Positions 10,626-24,499 of a stretch of DNA of 64,000 nt are shown in pieces; within the stretch, counting starts at the first letter, position 1; each line of letters begins with the position of its first letter. The stretch covers positions 55,614,001 to 55,678,000 of the forward strand of contig NC_043001.1 of assembly GCF_006345805.1 (NCBI RefSeq), read 5' to 3'. This DNA comes from Octopus sinensis (lineage: Eukaryota). Position numbers and translations under genes: made by a program. The notes below the pieces were generated by a model. It saw only the letters and a program-made list of their open reading frames with translations, ran no database searches and was not told where the DNA came from.

Positions 10626-11384
10626 CCTAATGATTGAAGGAAAAGAAAATAAGCAAGGTAATCTCAGTAGAATTTAAATTTAGAATGCAGAGCTGGAATT
10701 AATACAGTAAGGTATACAACATGACATTCTGGTGTCTGACAGTTTGCCACTTAAACTGTGGTAGGACACTGATAATAAAGGTTTCTAATTTAGGTACTAA
10801 AATATCCCAAGTTTTGCATAGAGATGTATTCAGTTTTATTAATCTTTGTATTTGACTGGGGAAGGAGCTGAGCCTTCATGAAGCAGCTCAAACTAAGAAA
10901 TAGCAAGCAAATAACCCTCAAATTAAACCCTCAAGATAAGAAGTAGCAAAGGCAGAGATAGACATAGAAAAAGATGGGACAATAACTGTCTTTCAATATA
11001 TAGAAGTATTTAGTGCAATTCAAATTGTATCAAGTATTTGCACTAGATGTCTAGTCTGAAGGTAACTTCCTCCTTTTTTTTTTTTTTTTTTACCAGTTCT
11101 AGGGGCTCTGAAAAGAATTGTGGAGCATTTCTTCTTCTGAGTCAGCCATTAATAAAATAGAGACATGGTTGTTAAACACACAAGGAGAGAAAGAGAGATA
11201 GAGAAAACAAGAGTTGAATCCACAGTTAATGTAACAAATCAGACAGTTTGGTAGAATCTGACTTAAGACTGATTTGGTGGTAACTAAGAGACCAGCAGTA
11301 TTTCATAAAGTGTTAGATAAGATACAAGCATTTAAGAATGCAACCCCACCCTCACAATGAAACTTTAGATCAACTTATTCCAGT

Positions 11385-11585
11385 CATTGAATTAAAATTT
11401 TGGCACCATGTCAGCAATTTTGAGGGAGCGGTTAAGTTGATTACATTGACCCAGAGCTCAACTAGTACTTATTTTATCAACCCCGAAAAGGCAAAAGACA
11501 GAGTTGAACTCAGAATGTAAAGTGGGATGAGATGCCACTCAGCATTTTGCCCAGTATTCTAACAATTCTGCCAGCTCACTGCTTT
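11385..11585 (-). mobile_element. SINE-B
   Basis: Reverse complement of the SINE-B head and central domain. Confidence 0.75.
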
Positions 11586-11934
11586 ACACACACATCTATT
11601 CATATCCAAGCACACACACACACACACATGTAGTGAGAATGGCAAGACCAAGTGAGACTAAAGTTTTGAAGGTCACTCACTATTTCCACACCTGTGTGCA
11701 TTTGCCACAGAAACAAGAAAACTAAGACATCAATAAAAAGCTATGGAGTTGTCCAAACCAGAGATTATATCTCAAAGAACCATGAAGCAGATCATGTTGC
11801 TTGCTTTAAGCAGTATAAATATTTAAAGTGTACGTAGGTATTGTTAAAATGTTTTTATGCATATAACCCAGGATAACAGTTACTACATGTGTCTAAACTG
11901 AGTCATGGTTCCCATGCTAAGTCATATTCAGTGA

Positions 11935-12255
11935 ACTCACTTCAAGGAAAAGACCATGGGGTTACCCTCTTCAAAGATGCAAGGATCAACTCAAAACAAC
12001 ATTGAAAGCCACGGGACTTGGGCTTAAATTGTTTGAAACATAAGGCCAATACCATATCAACTGGCAGTGAGCCATTGCCTTTGGAACCAAAAACTTCAAA
12101 GCCACCAGAAGAGAAAAAGTGAGAAATCAATTGACAGGAGAGGAAGTCTCAACAAAATCAACTTTGTCCCTCTACCAACATTACCATGCAGTCAATGCCA
12201 TTGACCCTTCCATGCAAGAATTGGTCTGCTTAGTCTTCAACACCATCACCATAAA
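11935..12255 (+). mobile_element. RTE LINE ORF C-terminal fragment
   Basis: FKDARINSKQH/DQLKTTLKATG region followed by LPCSQCH*PFHARIGLLSLQH, the RTE C-terminal CxxC..F.ARIGL.SH motif. Confidence 0.8.
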
Positions 12256-13362
12256 GGAGAAGCTAAATTTCAGATATGAGATAAAGCCACAGCAGCCAAC
12301 AAGGATAAACCAAGTATATATATAAATGTTTGTATATTACTCATGCTCACATACACGCTATCCTTAACCCAACCAATGATAATGGCCTTCACTATAAATA
12401 ATAACATTTCCACCATTGCCAAAAGTACTGTTACCAACACCATTGTTACAACCACCACCATCACTGTTTCCAAAAACTGTCACCACCACCACGACCATCA
12501 CCACTCTTAACATCACCACCAAATACAACCAAAACCACTACAACCATTTCTTTTTTCTCTTTCTCTCTCTCTCTCCCTCTCAACAGAAAATGTCTTGTAT
12601 AGTTGAATAACATTGACCTTCAATGGTAAACCCCAAATAACCTCTTGAATAAATAAAGGTTGCCACTTGCCATCATGTCATACAGCTTCTCTTCAGAGAT
12701 GTTATCAAATTTTCAGTGATTTTGGGGGGATTTATCAATAATCGTCATGCATCACTGATTTCTTTCTTCCTTTCTTTGTTTTTTGTTGTTTTTTTTCTTA
12801 ATGGAATCAAGAATCAAGAGCAGATAGCAAACAAATCGAAACAGCCAAAGCAAGATAAACAAATAAAAGATGCAACCTCTTATATTGAAGCAACAACAGC
12901 AACAACAACATTGTTGACACTGCAGGGTTTCCGTAATTATTTTTTCTATTCAGTCAATTATTGCAAAAACGCCAGCTTTTTTTTTTTTATTTAGAAATTC
13001 TAGTCATTGAAATACAAGTGGATATGTGTGGATGAGTAATAAATGTGAATATGATGATGATGATAATGATGGTAATGATGACAACATCAACAATAGTGGT
13101 GGTAGGAATGATGATGAAATAGTGGTGGTGCTGATATTTTTTTGAATTTTTAGATATTTTTTATTCAAATAAGATTAAATAAATAAATAAAAAACCTGGA
13201 AATAGCAAAACACACACAGACATATGCAGATGGCTCACACACACACACACACATCCATGCCTCAATGACTACCCAGGTTATTGATTATAAAACCCATAAA
13301 TATTTAACGCATGCGTGTATGCGTTTTTTGAAGAGATGCCTATGTCAAACATATATCTATCA

Positions 13363-13396
<34 letters not shown>

Positions 13397-13420
13397 ATAT
13401 ATATATTATATATATATATA

Positions 13421-13455
<35 letters not shown>

Positions 13456-13632
13456 TACACATATGTATGTATATATATATACACACACACACACATATAT
13501 GCCTCATTATATGTGAGTTCCAAAAACATACACAAGCACAAATGTGATGACTTGTAGAAAAAAGTATATAAACACGTTTAGAAATATTCTTTTGCATTAT
13601 AAGTTGCTAATATATACATACATACATACATA

Positions 13633-13680
<48 letters not shown>

Positions 13681-13833
13681 TACACACACTCACATTATTT
13701 TTACGATGATTTCTGCAATGACTACTATCACATGTAGTAAGAACTCAAATCAGATAGATCAGTGATACAGTTTCAATATTTGAGTGCGTAATGTTTTTGA
13801 GAAAAGAATCCTAGTATCGTCACTTGAAAATAC

Positions 13834-13873
<40 letters not shown>

Positions 13874-14174
13874 AAGGTAGTGGGTTGTCTATATCAAGAG
13901 AGAACCAGAGAAGTTTATGTTAAAGAAGAGGGAATTGAGTATGAGCTAGAAGACAGGGAAAAGAGAGAGTATATGTATGTTAAGACCAGAGTAAGGTTAT
14001 TGCTTTTAAATGAGAAAAAGAGTGAAAAGGGGAAGATCTACATGTATCAAATGAGAGAGAGAGAAAGATAAAGACAGTATAGAAAGAGAATTGCTTGTAT
14101 TAAGATCAACAAGTTCATACAATGAGTCAAATAGAATAAGCTAATTCTCAACTAGTGTACTACTACAAAGCGCC

Positions 14175-14490
14175 AAAGATTATATTCTTGCCATCCAGAT
14201 CTAGGACCAGATATTACAATAGCTTAGGGCTCAAAAGCATTTTCATAGCTTTTTCAATATTCTTCCAAAGGACATCAGAGGCTTACATGGTGTGGATGTA
14301 GATGTCTTCAAAATGCAAGTGAACTTCCTAGTCGAGAATTTTAGATACGCCTATTCCATGGCAAGGAACACAACAGAGGGCAGCAAATTTAAACTCACTC
14401 ATTCACCAAAACCAAAGAAGGAGAATCAGTAAAAGAATACTCTGGCCCCTACTACAGTATGAAGTCCCCCACAATAGGGGGCTTAAAACA
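14175..14490 (+). mobile_element. CR1-like LINE 3' end
   Basis: FNILPKDIRGLHGVDVDVFKM matches the typical LFN.LP..IR......FK..LD end of CR1-type ORF2. Confidence 0.7.
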
Positions 14491-14669
14491 CATGGTAAAT
14501 AGCCACCTTCACAGATGGTTGGGTTTACTATGCAGTTTCAGCAATATCAAGATGTAATAGAAACTTCTTTTCATATCTATCAAGTAGGAATTCATGATAT
14601 CACATGTTTGAGAACACCTGCGGTACACCCGTTGAGAGGACAGCAAAGTGTCTGTTATAGAGATTACAG

Positions 14670-15440
14670 TGAGAACAGAAAGTAGGTAGAAGGTAGTCAA
14701 GACTTATGTTGTACTCCAATGTAAGCTATGAACAAACAAGACATGTAGACAATCAGAAAATGTAAGCTTCATATGTGATAGGAGCACTGGAGTATAATAT
14801 ACTATGGACACATTGAAAATAGATTTCCTTAAATACCCAAATTGCTGACTAGAAGTAGATGACAGCTTTTGTTACCTAGGAATAGTAATTAGCAAAAGAG
14901 GTGGTTGCTCTGAAAGTATAGCAACCAGAGTAAGAATGGATTGGTCAAAGTTCAGGGAGCTACTACTACAGCTGGAAACAAAGATCCTTTTCCACAGTGT
15001 GAAGGGCAGATTGTATGACACTTAAGTTAGAACTGCTGAATGGTGGTCAGACATAGACCTTGAAAGTGTGATCAAACAGCAGAATAAGAATGAACTGAGA
15101 GAAAAACTGGACATAAGAGGAATCAGATGTAGTGTGCAAGAAAGAACACTGCAATAGCTTGCAATGCATATAGATGGGGATGGCTGTATAATGAAACGCC
15201 AATCACTCAATATGATTGATGCTTGTGAAAGAGGGAGACCCAGGAAGACATGGAACGAAATGGTGATCTTAGGACCCTGAATTGCATGGAACAAATAAGA
15301 AGGGATTACCATGATTAGCAATATGCAATTCTCAACATGGAATGCCCAACCCAGCAAAACTAATTTCTGGAAATGTTGAGTGTGCATATATGCATGACTG
15401 TGTCCTTGTTTTTAGATGTTAAATGATGATTATGATAATA
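14670..15440 (+). mobile_element. RTE-X-like LINE ORF2 3' fragment
   Basis: CT/QCKL*TNKTC knuckle, LEVDDSFCYLG.VISKRGGCSESIATRVR..WSKFRELL, RGRPRKTWNE, ending TTAAATGATGAT. Confidence 0.85.
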
Positions 15441-15462
15441 CATACATACACATATATATATG

Positions 15463-15511
<49 letters not shown>

Positions 15512-15514
<3 letters not shown>

Positions 15515-15712
15515 TTTCAAATTTTGGCACAAGACCAGTAAGTTTGTGAAGGATGTAAGATGTTTATATTGGTTCCAGTGTTCAACTAGTGCTTATCTAA
15601 TCAAGCCCCTAAGAAATGAAAGGCAAAATCAACCTTGGCAGAATTTGAACCCAGAATGTAAAAACGGACAAAATGCCCCTAAGCATTTTTCTCAGCGTGC
15701 CAACTCACCAAC
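15512..15712 (-). mobile_element. SINE-B adjacent to (TA)n
   Basis: Reverse-complement match to SINE-B. Confidence 0.7.
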
Positions 15713-16484
15713 TTATATATTAAAATACATAAATACATATACACACACAAACACACACACACACACACACAAATGTGTACACACACACACATACAAACAC
15801 GTACACACACATATATATATATTCACCTATGGACACACATAAATATATTTATAAAAAAATTTTTCCACATAAGATGGAACATGGATGTTAAATGATGGTG
15901 TTGATGTGCACCCATCCAACCAGTACCTGTTAAGATGGCTGGAAATACTCAAGATGTTTGAAAAAATCATGAAAATTTAACCATTTCTGAATACAACTTC
16001 TTTCTTTCTTTCTTTCTTTTTTTCTTCATTTTCTTTTCCAACTCCTTTGCTGACATTTTTTTTTCTTTCTGTGGGGGTGGGGATAGAGGTATTTGAGACA
16101 TCAGAGAACAACCAGTCCATAACTACCAAATGTTCAGTTACAACCCTTTTCTGCAACTCAGAGAACGGAAGTCTCAGGTCTCAGGTTTCAGAACTACCAA
16201 AAATCCAAAGATTATATAGGTTATTGTTGTTGCCTATTTAGATCACATAATACACTGTATCTTTGCTGTTGTTGTACTTGTTTGCCTGCAGGTAATCCCT
16301 GATCCAACTGATCTACAATCTATAGCATTTTAGCAGTGGTCATCCTGTCTTTTTTCCCAGGCTGAACTATGAATATCTAGAACTGTGTATAATATTGTTG
16401 GTAGAATGTAATTTATGAAACGTAATTTGCTGCTATTTCTAGTAGGACAAGTAACAAGATATAGACTCCCTCATAGGTTTAGAG

Positions 16485-16742
16485 TAGTGGTTCTCAACCA
16501 TTTTTTTTACCTTTGGACTCCTTTGATTGCTATTTTATTCAGATAGACCCCCATAGTCATTCCATATTTACAAAAATCCTATAGTATTTTTATGTGATAA
16601 TTAAATATTATAAGGAAATGTACAAAAAGCTGCGAAAATATTTTATATATTGTACAAGTATAACCAATTTATTGCACACAATGTTTAACAAAATCTCATA
16701 TGGACTCCCAAGGGCCATATGGACCCTAACTGAAAACCAGTG
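16485..16742. mobile_element. hAT (Buster/Charlie-like) MITE
   Basis: TAGTGGTTCTCAACC...AAAACCAGTG ends; left flank GTTTAGAG (NNNTANNN) and right flank GTTTTAGAG. Related copy at 35829. Confidence 0.7.
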
Positions 16743-16775
16743 GTTTTAGAGCAACATTCCTTTTTTAAGACGAAA

Positions 16776-16987
16776 GGTGGCAAGCTGGCAGAAACGTTAG
16801 CACACCAGGTGAAATGCTTAGCAGTATTTTGTCTACTGCTACGTTCTGAGTTCAAATTCCGTCAAGGTTGACTTTGCTTTTCATCCTTTTAGGGTCGATA
16901 AATTAAGTACCAGTTGCCTACTGGGGTCAATCTAATTGAGTGGGCCACTCCTCCAAAATTTCAGGCCTTGTGCCTAGAGTAGAAAAG
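16776..16987 (+). mobile_element. SINE-B
   Basis: Full head, central domain and CAGGCCTTGTGCCTAGAGTAGAAAAG tail. Confidence 0.88.
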
Positions 16988-17419
16988 ATGACAGTGTGTA
17001 ATATAATGGTGGTTTGTTGCTATTTCTGGAAGGTTAAGTGACAACTTATGAATTCCTTTGTTGGTTTGGAATCTCAAATCCAGTCAGGTACTGTAGTTGG
17101 TTTCTCCACACTGTCTGTCTGTCTTTCTCTCTCTCTCAGAATAGGCTGTATAAAAGAACCAAGTAAAGAGCATTCATACCACACCCCACCAACACTTTCA
17201 TTACCTGACAATGACAAGAAAGTTTTAAAAGAGATTAGCTGGATTTTTTTTAGTAGACTGAGCAATTATGAAGAACAATTAAGTCACTGAGATGTTATTC
17301 CCAGTGGGTCTCTAAGCATTTAAAAATTTTTTTAAAATTTCAATGTTTTTTGTAGACCACTGATCAGTTGATGGTGTTTAAATAGTATTTGGTGTCACAA
17401 TTTATTTAATTTTTGCTTA

Positions 17420-17815
17420 CAGGTGTAGCTGTGTGGTATGAAGTTTGCTTCCCAATCACATGGGTCTGAGTTCAGTCCCAATGCGTGGCACCTTGGACAA
17501 AGTGCCTTCTACACTATAGCCTTAGGTTAATCAAAGCCTTGTGAGTAGATTTGGTAGATGGAAACTGAAAGAAGTCCACCAAGTATGTGTGTGTGGGGGG
17601 GTGCATGCATGTATTTGACTTCCACCACCATTTGACACCCAGTGTTGGTGTGTTTATGTCCCTGTAACTTAGCAATCCAGTAAAAAGAGACCGATAGAAT
17701 AAGTATCAGGCTTAAAATGAAAATAAGGACTGGGGTCAATTCGTTTGACTAAAATCCTTCAAGGCAGTGCCCCCCAACATGGTCACAGTCTGATGACTGA
17801 AACAGATAAAAGATA
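17420..17815 (+). mobile_element. SINE-A
   Basis: Full two-module structure. Confidence 0.85.
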
Positions 17816-18059
17816 AAGACTGCCAGTTTTGGGATATGACAAGGTATATTGTAGTTATTTTAATATAAATCATAAAATACAATAAAGACCTGAGACAAAA
17901 GAATTGTCAAAAAAACAAAAAAAAATTTAAAATAGGTCATTATGAAATGATGCTGTTAAGACTTTCTTCCCTTTTTAAGGCATCAGGATATAAACTGAGG
18001 GAGATTCTGTTACTATTTCTAGTCTTTTAACCCTTTAGTATTTAAACAACAATAAAATT

Positions 18060-18383
18060 AGTACCCCATTGGTTATGATAACAAGGGTTCCAGTTGGTCC
18101 AATCAATGAAACAGCCTACTTGTGAAACTAACGTGCAAGTGGCTGAGCATTCCACAGATGTGTGTATCCTTAAAGTAGTTCTCAGGGAGATTTAGCATGA
18201 TACAGTATGTGACAAGGCCGGTCCCTTAGGAATATAGGTACAACTCATTTTTGCCAGCTGAGTGGACTGGAGCAACATAAAATAAAGCGTCTTGCTCAAG
18301 GATATAATGCACAGCCAGGAATCAAACTCATGACCTTATGATTGTGAGCTGAATACCCTGACCACCAAGCCATGCACCTTCAC
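18060..18383 (-). mobile_element. SINE-E (tRNA head, V-like CTTGAGCAAGAC domain, tail type 1)
   Basis: Minus strand CCTTGAGCAAGACGCTTTATTTTATGTTGCTCCAGTCCACTCAGCTGGCAAAAATGAG. Second copy at 62318-62626. Confidence 0.8.
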
Positions 18384-18511
18384 AAATTGACCATATCTGG
18401 TCAAAATATTCTACCTGTCTTATGTTCAAACTGGTCAAATCTGACCTCTTGCATTAACACTACAATATCATTCTAAAAATTAAGTCACCTCATCAAAATC
18501 TCAAAGCTACA

Positions 18512-18861
18512 AAGTGGGAGAGAATGGGAGACCCCCTTCGGTCATGAATGACCATGGGATTGCACCTAGAAAGTTACCCTCTGAGGTACAAGTCTGGGCA
18601 AGGTTGTTTATGGAAGGCCAGCAGTCGCCCATGCATACCAGCCTCCTCTCTCCACATCACCGATGTTATCCAAGGGAAAGGCAAAGGCCGATACAGCTTG
18701 GAACCAGTGACGTCGCAGCTCATTTCTACAGCTGAGTGAAGTGGAGCAACGTGAAATAAAGTGTCTTGCTCAAGAACACAACATGCAGCCCGGTTCAGGA
18801 ATCAAACTCACAACCTCATGATCATATGCTTGACGCTCTAACCACCGAGCCATCCACCTTC
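18512..18861 (-). mobile_element. SINE-F (same head and domain as SINE-E, different tail)
   Basis: TTCTTGAGCAAGACACTTTATTTCACGTTGCTCCACTTCACTCAGCTGTAGAAATGAG followed by an unrelated tail. Confidence 0.8.
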
Positions 18862-21419
18862 TGCATCATTAAATTGAAACAATGTGAATAAATAAGCATT
18901 ACATTTGACATAAGGGTTAAACATCCACTCATAATCCAAGAGCTCTCTAACTAGCTCGGATTATTCCTCATTGGATTGGCTGGTTATCTTGGACAAGAGA
19001 GTGACAACTACCTTTCACTGCTACCTTGTGTTGTTCATTCCTGTTATTCCATATTCTCTTTAAATGTCTGTCATAGCCTGAAATATCATCCTGTGCTGTG
19101 AACGAGAAGGCTCTCTTCTTGCTGATTGACCAACTTTCAAATACTTTCCTAGTTTATTTTCACTCTGATTGTAGTAGATGTAACATTTTTTTTTCTTGAC
19201 ACTTTATATATAAAATAATATTCTCTTGTTTACAATACACACAAACCACAGCCAAGAACCCACAAAGGATTTACTAACACCAGTATATCCGGGAGAGTGT
19301 TAGTGCTGCTGCTGCTATACATATATACACATACACACAGCTATACAGGTGTCCATAGATATTATATACAAGTATATGTAGATATTTTATGCATATATAT
19401 GTGTATTGAGTATATATGTACATGTACATATATATATGCGCACACACACATATCTATATATATATATATATATATGCATGCACACACATACCTATATATG
19501 TATATATATATATATATGTATAATATATATATATACATATATATATATGAATGAATAAATATTCATATAATAATTATTCATTCATATATAACACAAATTT
19601 CTGCACATGAACCCGGAGTTTCTACCTTTGGATAGGTCATTTCAACCATGTTTCTGATGGGAATTTGCTACCTTTGTATCAGTTCATTGAATTTTCCATG
19701 TTGACGGTAAACATAGGATAATTCATTCACCTATCGAAATATATATATATATATATATGTGCACACACACATCTATAATATATATATACACACATGTACA
19801 TTACAAGTACATACACACACACACACACATATATGCACAGGCAGACTTCTAAACACATATACATTTATCTATCTCTCTCTCTCGCACACACACACACAGA
19901 GTCATAATTGCTGAACTGAGTCAACAAATGAATATAATCATAAAATAAAATAAAAATAATTGAAAAAGTTAAGTTTTGAAACATTAAAATATTTAAAGAA
20001 AAAGGAGCTAAAACCCAAAAACTAGAGCAAAACAGCAAAAACCATCTGGAGCTGGAGGAAGGGTTATGGTTAGTGGTATGTGATGGGCGTGGGGGTGTTC
20101 ATGAGTGGGAGTTGATGAGGGATAGGATTAGGTTTGGGGAGGGATATAAAATAGCAGCGATTGAAAGCCAGAAAGAAAAAGTCAGCAGAAAATACTTAAA
20201 GGTTTTAGATTTCTTGCTAGAATGACATCACAGCTTCCAGAACAGATTTTACTCCGGAAGAAGTTGCCAGAACAAAGGAAATATTACAAGTAGTCTATTA
20301 CTGGCAATTACTGTTGGGTGAGATAGACAGGAGGGGAGTTGTATTAATCATATATGCTGCTAGGGTTTGGGTTTGGGTCAGGCTTTAAGTGTATGTTAGA
20401 GTTAGACTGCAATGTGTACTCTCCAGTGTATGCCTAAGTGCAAACACACACATGCACATGTATATAATCAAATACAGAGGCATACACACAGTTATATAAT
20501 CAAATGCACACACATTCATATAATGAAACAGACACACAAATGCACATGCATACACAGAAATGTGCATACATGTCCATTGAAAAGCACGCTTCTACAAGCA
20601 TACATTCAAATGACTCATATATCCACAAATACCAATTCATGCTCACTACCATATAGATACACACACACACATACATACATCATCTTCAGTTTCTATCTAC
20701 TTTCCATGCAGGTATAGAGTGAACAGATTATCATAGCTCAAGTCCATTCTTATTCAGAGTTATTATCCAGATGGCTTAGAGAAACAATTTTCATCTGAAT
20801 GCTCCATTTTGGCTTGATTTCTACTATTGGGTGCCATTCCTAATACCAGCCACTCTACAGAGTGCATTGAGTGCATTTTATCAGCATAGCACCAACATCA
20901 GAGAGGTTGTCTTGTCTTAGACAAAACTCAAGGTTCTCTCCATCTGTTATTTCAAGTACTTTTTGGATGTACTGACTGTATTTTAATATGACACCAACAT
21001 TAATGAAACTGGTAGCTAGAAAGTGTTCATATGTAGATATGTATCTATGCATGTATCTGTCTATTCTTCTGTTGACACAACTTGAAAAATACTCTGCTTT
21101 TATGTCATGAAAAATACTCTGCTTTTATCTACCAGGTGGCGCTATTAAGTTAGACACAGCCTATCAAAATCAAAGTGTAACTTAGCTGTTTGACAAAGAA
21201 AAGTTGATAATCTCAGCACGTAACTCAAAAATAGAATGACAGAATGCCTTGCAGTATTTGTTCTAGTTGTCTGTAGACTTTAAATTATCTTTACCTTTCA
21301 TCTTTTTGGAGGTTGATAATAAAGTACCAGTCCAGGATAGTGTGTAGTAGAAATGTTTGAATGTTGGATAAGGTATTGCAGTATGCTTTTCTTTTTTCTT
21401 TTTATTTCTTATTTTCAAC

Positions 21420-21828
21420 TTACTCGCTCTCTTTTACTCTTTTACTTGTTTCAGTTATTTGACTGCGGCCATGCTGGAGAACCACCTTTAATCGAGCAAC
21501 TTGACCCCGGGACTTATTCTTTTGTAAGCCCAGTACTTATTCTATCGATCTCTTTTGCCGAATTGCTAAGTAACGGGGACATAAACACACCAGCATCGGT
21601 TGTCAAGCAATGCTAGGGGGACAAACACAGACACACAAACACACACACACATATACATATATACGATGGACTTCTTTCAGTTTCCGTCTACCAAATCCAC
21701 TCACAAGGCTTTGGTCAGCCCGAGGCTATAGTAGAAGACACTTGCCCAAGGTGCCACGCAGTGGGACTGAACCCGGAACCGTGTGGTTGGTAAACAAGCT
21801 GCTTACCACACAGCCACTCCTGCGCCTA
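21420..21828 (-). mobile_element. SINE-A, relatively young copy
   Basis: Retains CpGs and is close to the other well-preserved copies at 59195-60215 and 63648-64000. Confidence 0.9.
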
Positions 21829-22389
21829 TGATGAGCTTACTGCTTCAACTCTTTGTATTTTGAGTTCAGATTCTGCAACCTATCACAAGCCTTCTTTAGG
21901 ACCAAGCTCATAGAGATAGGTCTCCAGTTCTAAACATAGTAATGTATTGGAACAGTATCTTAGATGCACCAATATCAAAAAACTAGCCAACTTTGTAATA
22001 AGTGGAATGAATACCAAGGTAAAGAGATTGTTAACTAAGGCAGATTTGACTGCTAGATCTAGAGTGTCTAAGTGACTGCATAGAGGCTTCCTTTGCTTAC
22101 TCCCCAGGTCAACTTTAACTGAGCAGTTTTAGTACTGAAGTCAGCAAGCCTTGTGTTTGCAAGGACAACAGTATCCAGTGTGTGTGTGTGTGTGTGTGAG
22201 AGTGAGAGAGGGAGAGATAGAGAGAGAGAGAGGGGGGTTTCAATAACAATGTAAAATCAAGAATTTTAAGCAGCTCAAGTAACAATGGACTACTTCCCTC
22301 ATTGTCCTGTATTATTAAAGTTGCTTCCTGTTCAAGTATCTAGAAGTATATTATATATTATCTAAAGTTCTTCTTTCCTTTCTAATACA

Positions 22390-23055
22390 ATATGGTGTGA
22401 GTGGAGTAAGATTTGCTCACTATAGCTTTATAATCTGAAAATGAAGGCTCAGTTCATAGAATAGCATCAAACCAATTTCTAAGTCCAAGAACTCACAATT
22501 AACACAGAAAGTCATGGTGGTTGTTGTTTTTTTGTTTTGTTTTTTTTGTTTTTGTTTAATGACAAGGGTGATTTTCTGGAACATGACTTTACCATGATTA
22601 GTGAGACACTCAGAATGCGTAGGGAATTGGAAGATGTGACAGAACCATAGTCTAAACTTGATCCACACTGACCAGAACAATGCATGACTACACATGCCTT
22701 TGGCAACAAATCAGGCAATCAGTAGATTAGAATGGTCTTCCATTCACTACACAGCTTCCATCTATTCAGTCCAATGAAGCACAGTCTTCAGAGACAACAA
22801 TTTGATGACACAAATAAGACAAAAATGGCTGTGACGAAGTGGGTATAAGAGTAAACACCTGAATTTTTTCAAAGACTTCCACCAATTCGATCCAATAAAG
22901 GACAGTCTTTGGGAAGAAAGATCTGATAACTTTCACAGAGGTGAAAGTGGCTACAAAGAAGTTGGTACACACGAACATTTTCTCTCGGAGGATTTGAGAG
23001 TTGGATTCAACTATGGTGCCAATGTGTCGCTTGTGATGGAGACAATGTTGAATAG
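22390..23055 (+). pseudogene. Mariner (D,D34D-type) transposase fossil, catalytic domain
   Basis: With stops and frameshifts: ..QKVMVVV..; DKGDFLE..ISETLRMRR; LIHTDQNNA*LH.PLATNQAISRLEW (cf. HDNARPH); KDFHQFDPIKDSL (cf. SDFHLFGPLK..L); GFESWIQLWCQCVACDGDNVE* (cf. RW.KC...GDYVE*). Confidence 0.8.
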
Positions 23056-23645
23056 TATTTTTGTGTAGAGGAAGGAAGAGATACTCCACTAGCATGTACT
23101 ATTTCAATGACCTGTGTCAGTCAATAAACAACATTCATACCTTCTTTTTGCATTAGTAGAACCCTCAAATACACACACATTATAAACAAACAAAAAGATA
23201 AACATGATGGTATCACATTTTTAAATCAGCTACTATTGTTTCAATAACCAGCAGAATAGTATTTTTTTACATCAAATAACATAACTGGTGTGCATATAAA
23301 TTATGTAAATCCATATGATATGAGATGAAAGTTCCACAAATCAATTCCTCAGGCCAATTTACAAAAGTAATATTGAACTAGATATACTGGCTTTATAACA
23401 GATTAGCCTGTTAAATATAATAAGGAGGAAAGGATACAGAAGATGGAGTAATAAATTATAAACAGTGGGTGGTCACGCTATCAGAAATTCACTCTCCTGT
23501 GGAGTACATACATAGATACATAATGCACACATATAGTGAGAAATCTATGCATAAATACATACACACATGTATAAGTATATGCATGTTACCCATGGATCAT
23601 TTCTCTTTTTAATAAGTTCAAGCAGCATGGAAAGAAGGAAACAGC

Positions 23646-23695
<50 letters not shown>

Positions 23696-24499
23696 AACTG
23701 AAATCTCGTTAGGAACTACAAGTGTATCCAGCTGGTAGAGAGGTGGGAGAGATATTCTAGAAAAACTCTAGGCAGGTAACATGGGGAAAAGGTAATGAAA
23801 AATGTATTGTTTCCTGAATGAAAGAAAATATTTAAAAAAATAATGCAAAATAAAAAATGAAATAAGACTTATTCTACCCACTTATTGCCTATAGGGGGAA
23901 GAACTAAAGTAAATAATGAAAATTTGCTAAAGCTGATGGGGAGGAGAGCTATACAGAAAGAAAGGGTTGTCAATGTGCTATGTACTGGAAGTTAAGGAGT
24001 AGACTTGGCATGGTTATCCATGCATGAAAGGACCGCCTGTAGAGTTTATTAATTTTCTTTTATCAAACACATATTAACCAACACAATGTTGATGCTATCC
24101 TACAAATGATTTCTGTCTATGTACCTCCATATCAAACCTGTTTGTCAGTTTCTCTCTTTGTCTCCCTCCTCTACACACACACACTTCTAGATGATCAGTT
24201 ATGATAGAGAAAGACCAGAACCTTTGATTTAGTGGCAAAGCCATCCCAGCAAATAGCTTTGTGGGACAAACCTGTTCTCACTGATCTGGGCAGATCTAGA
24301 AAGGCATATTTTGTGGTGCCTCAGGAGAGTCATGATGCCAATAATAACACACATGATCAATTCCACTTCTTAACTGTTAGTCAACAGATTAAATATCTAA
24401 CCAACAGATGGTTTGTTTAATGGGCTCTTGCAATCCAAATACAAAAAGGATCTAGAAAGGCATACCTGAAGAAAAATAACCAAATCTCCTAATAGCAGA

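Larger units (their letters stand above)
18031..18916. mobile_element. piggyBac-like MITE-D split by two SINE insertions
   Basis: TTAA|CCCTTTAG at 18031 and AAGGG|TTAA at 18916; MITE body resumes at about 18384-18510 and 18862-18916. Confidence 0.8.

Noticed and set aside
16262-16297. Plus-strand TGCAG|GTAATC, another AG|GT juxtaposition
   Set aside because: It lies in a family I repeat whose other copies read CCAGGTCA, and both tract and donor are weaker. It shows that such motifs can arise by chance.
19650-19740. Possible hammerhead (CTGATGG ... CGAAAT)
   Set aside because: The core lacks A9, and stems II and III cannot be formed.
22766-23095. 109-aa minus-strand ORF
   Set aside because: It is antisense to the mariner transposase fossil.
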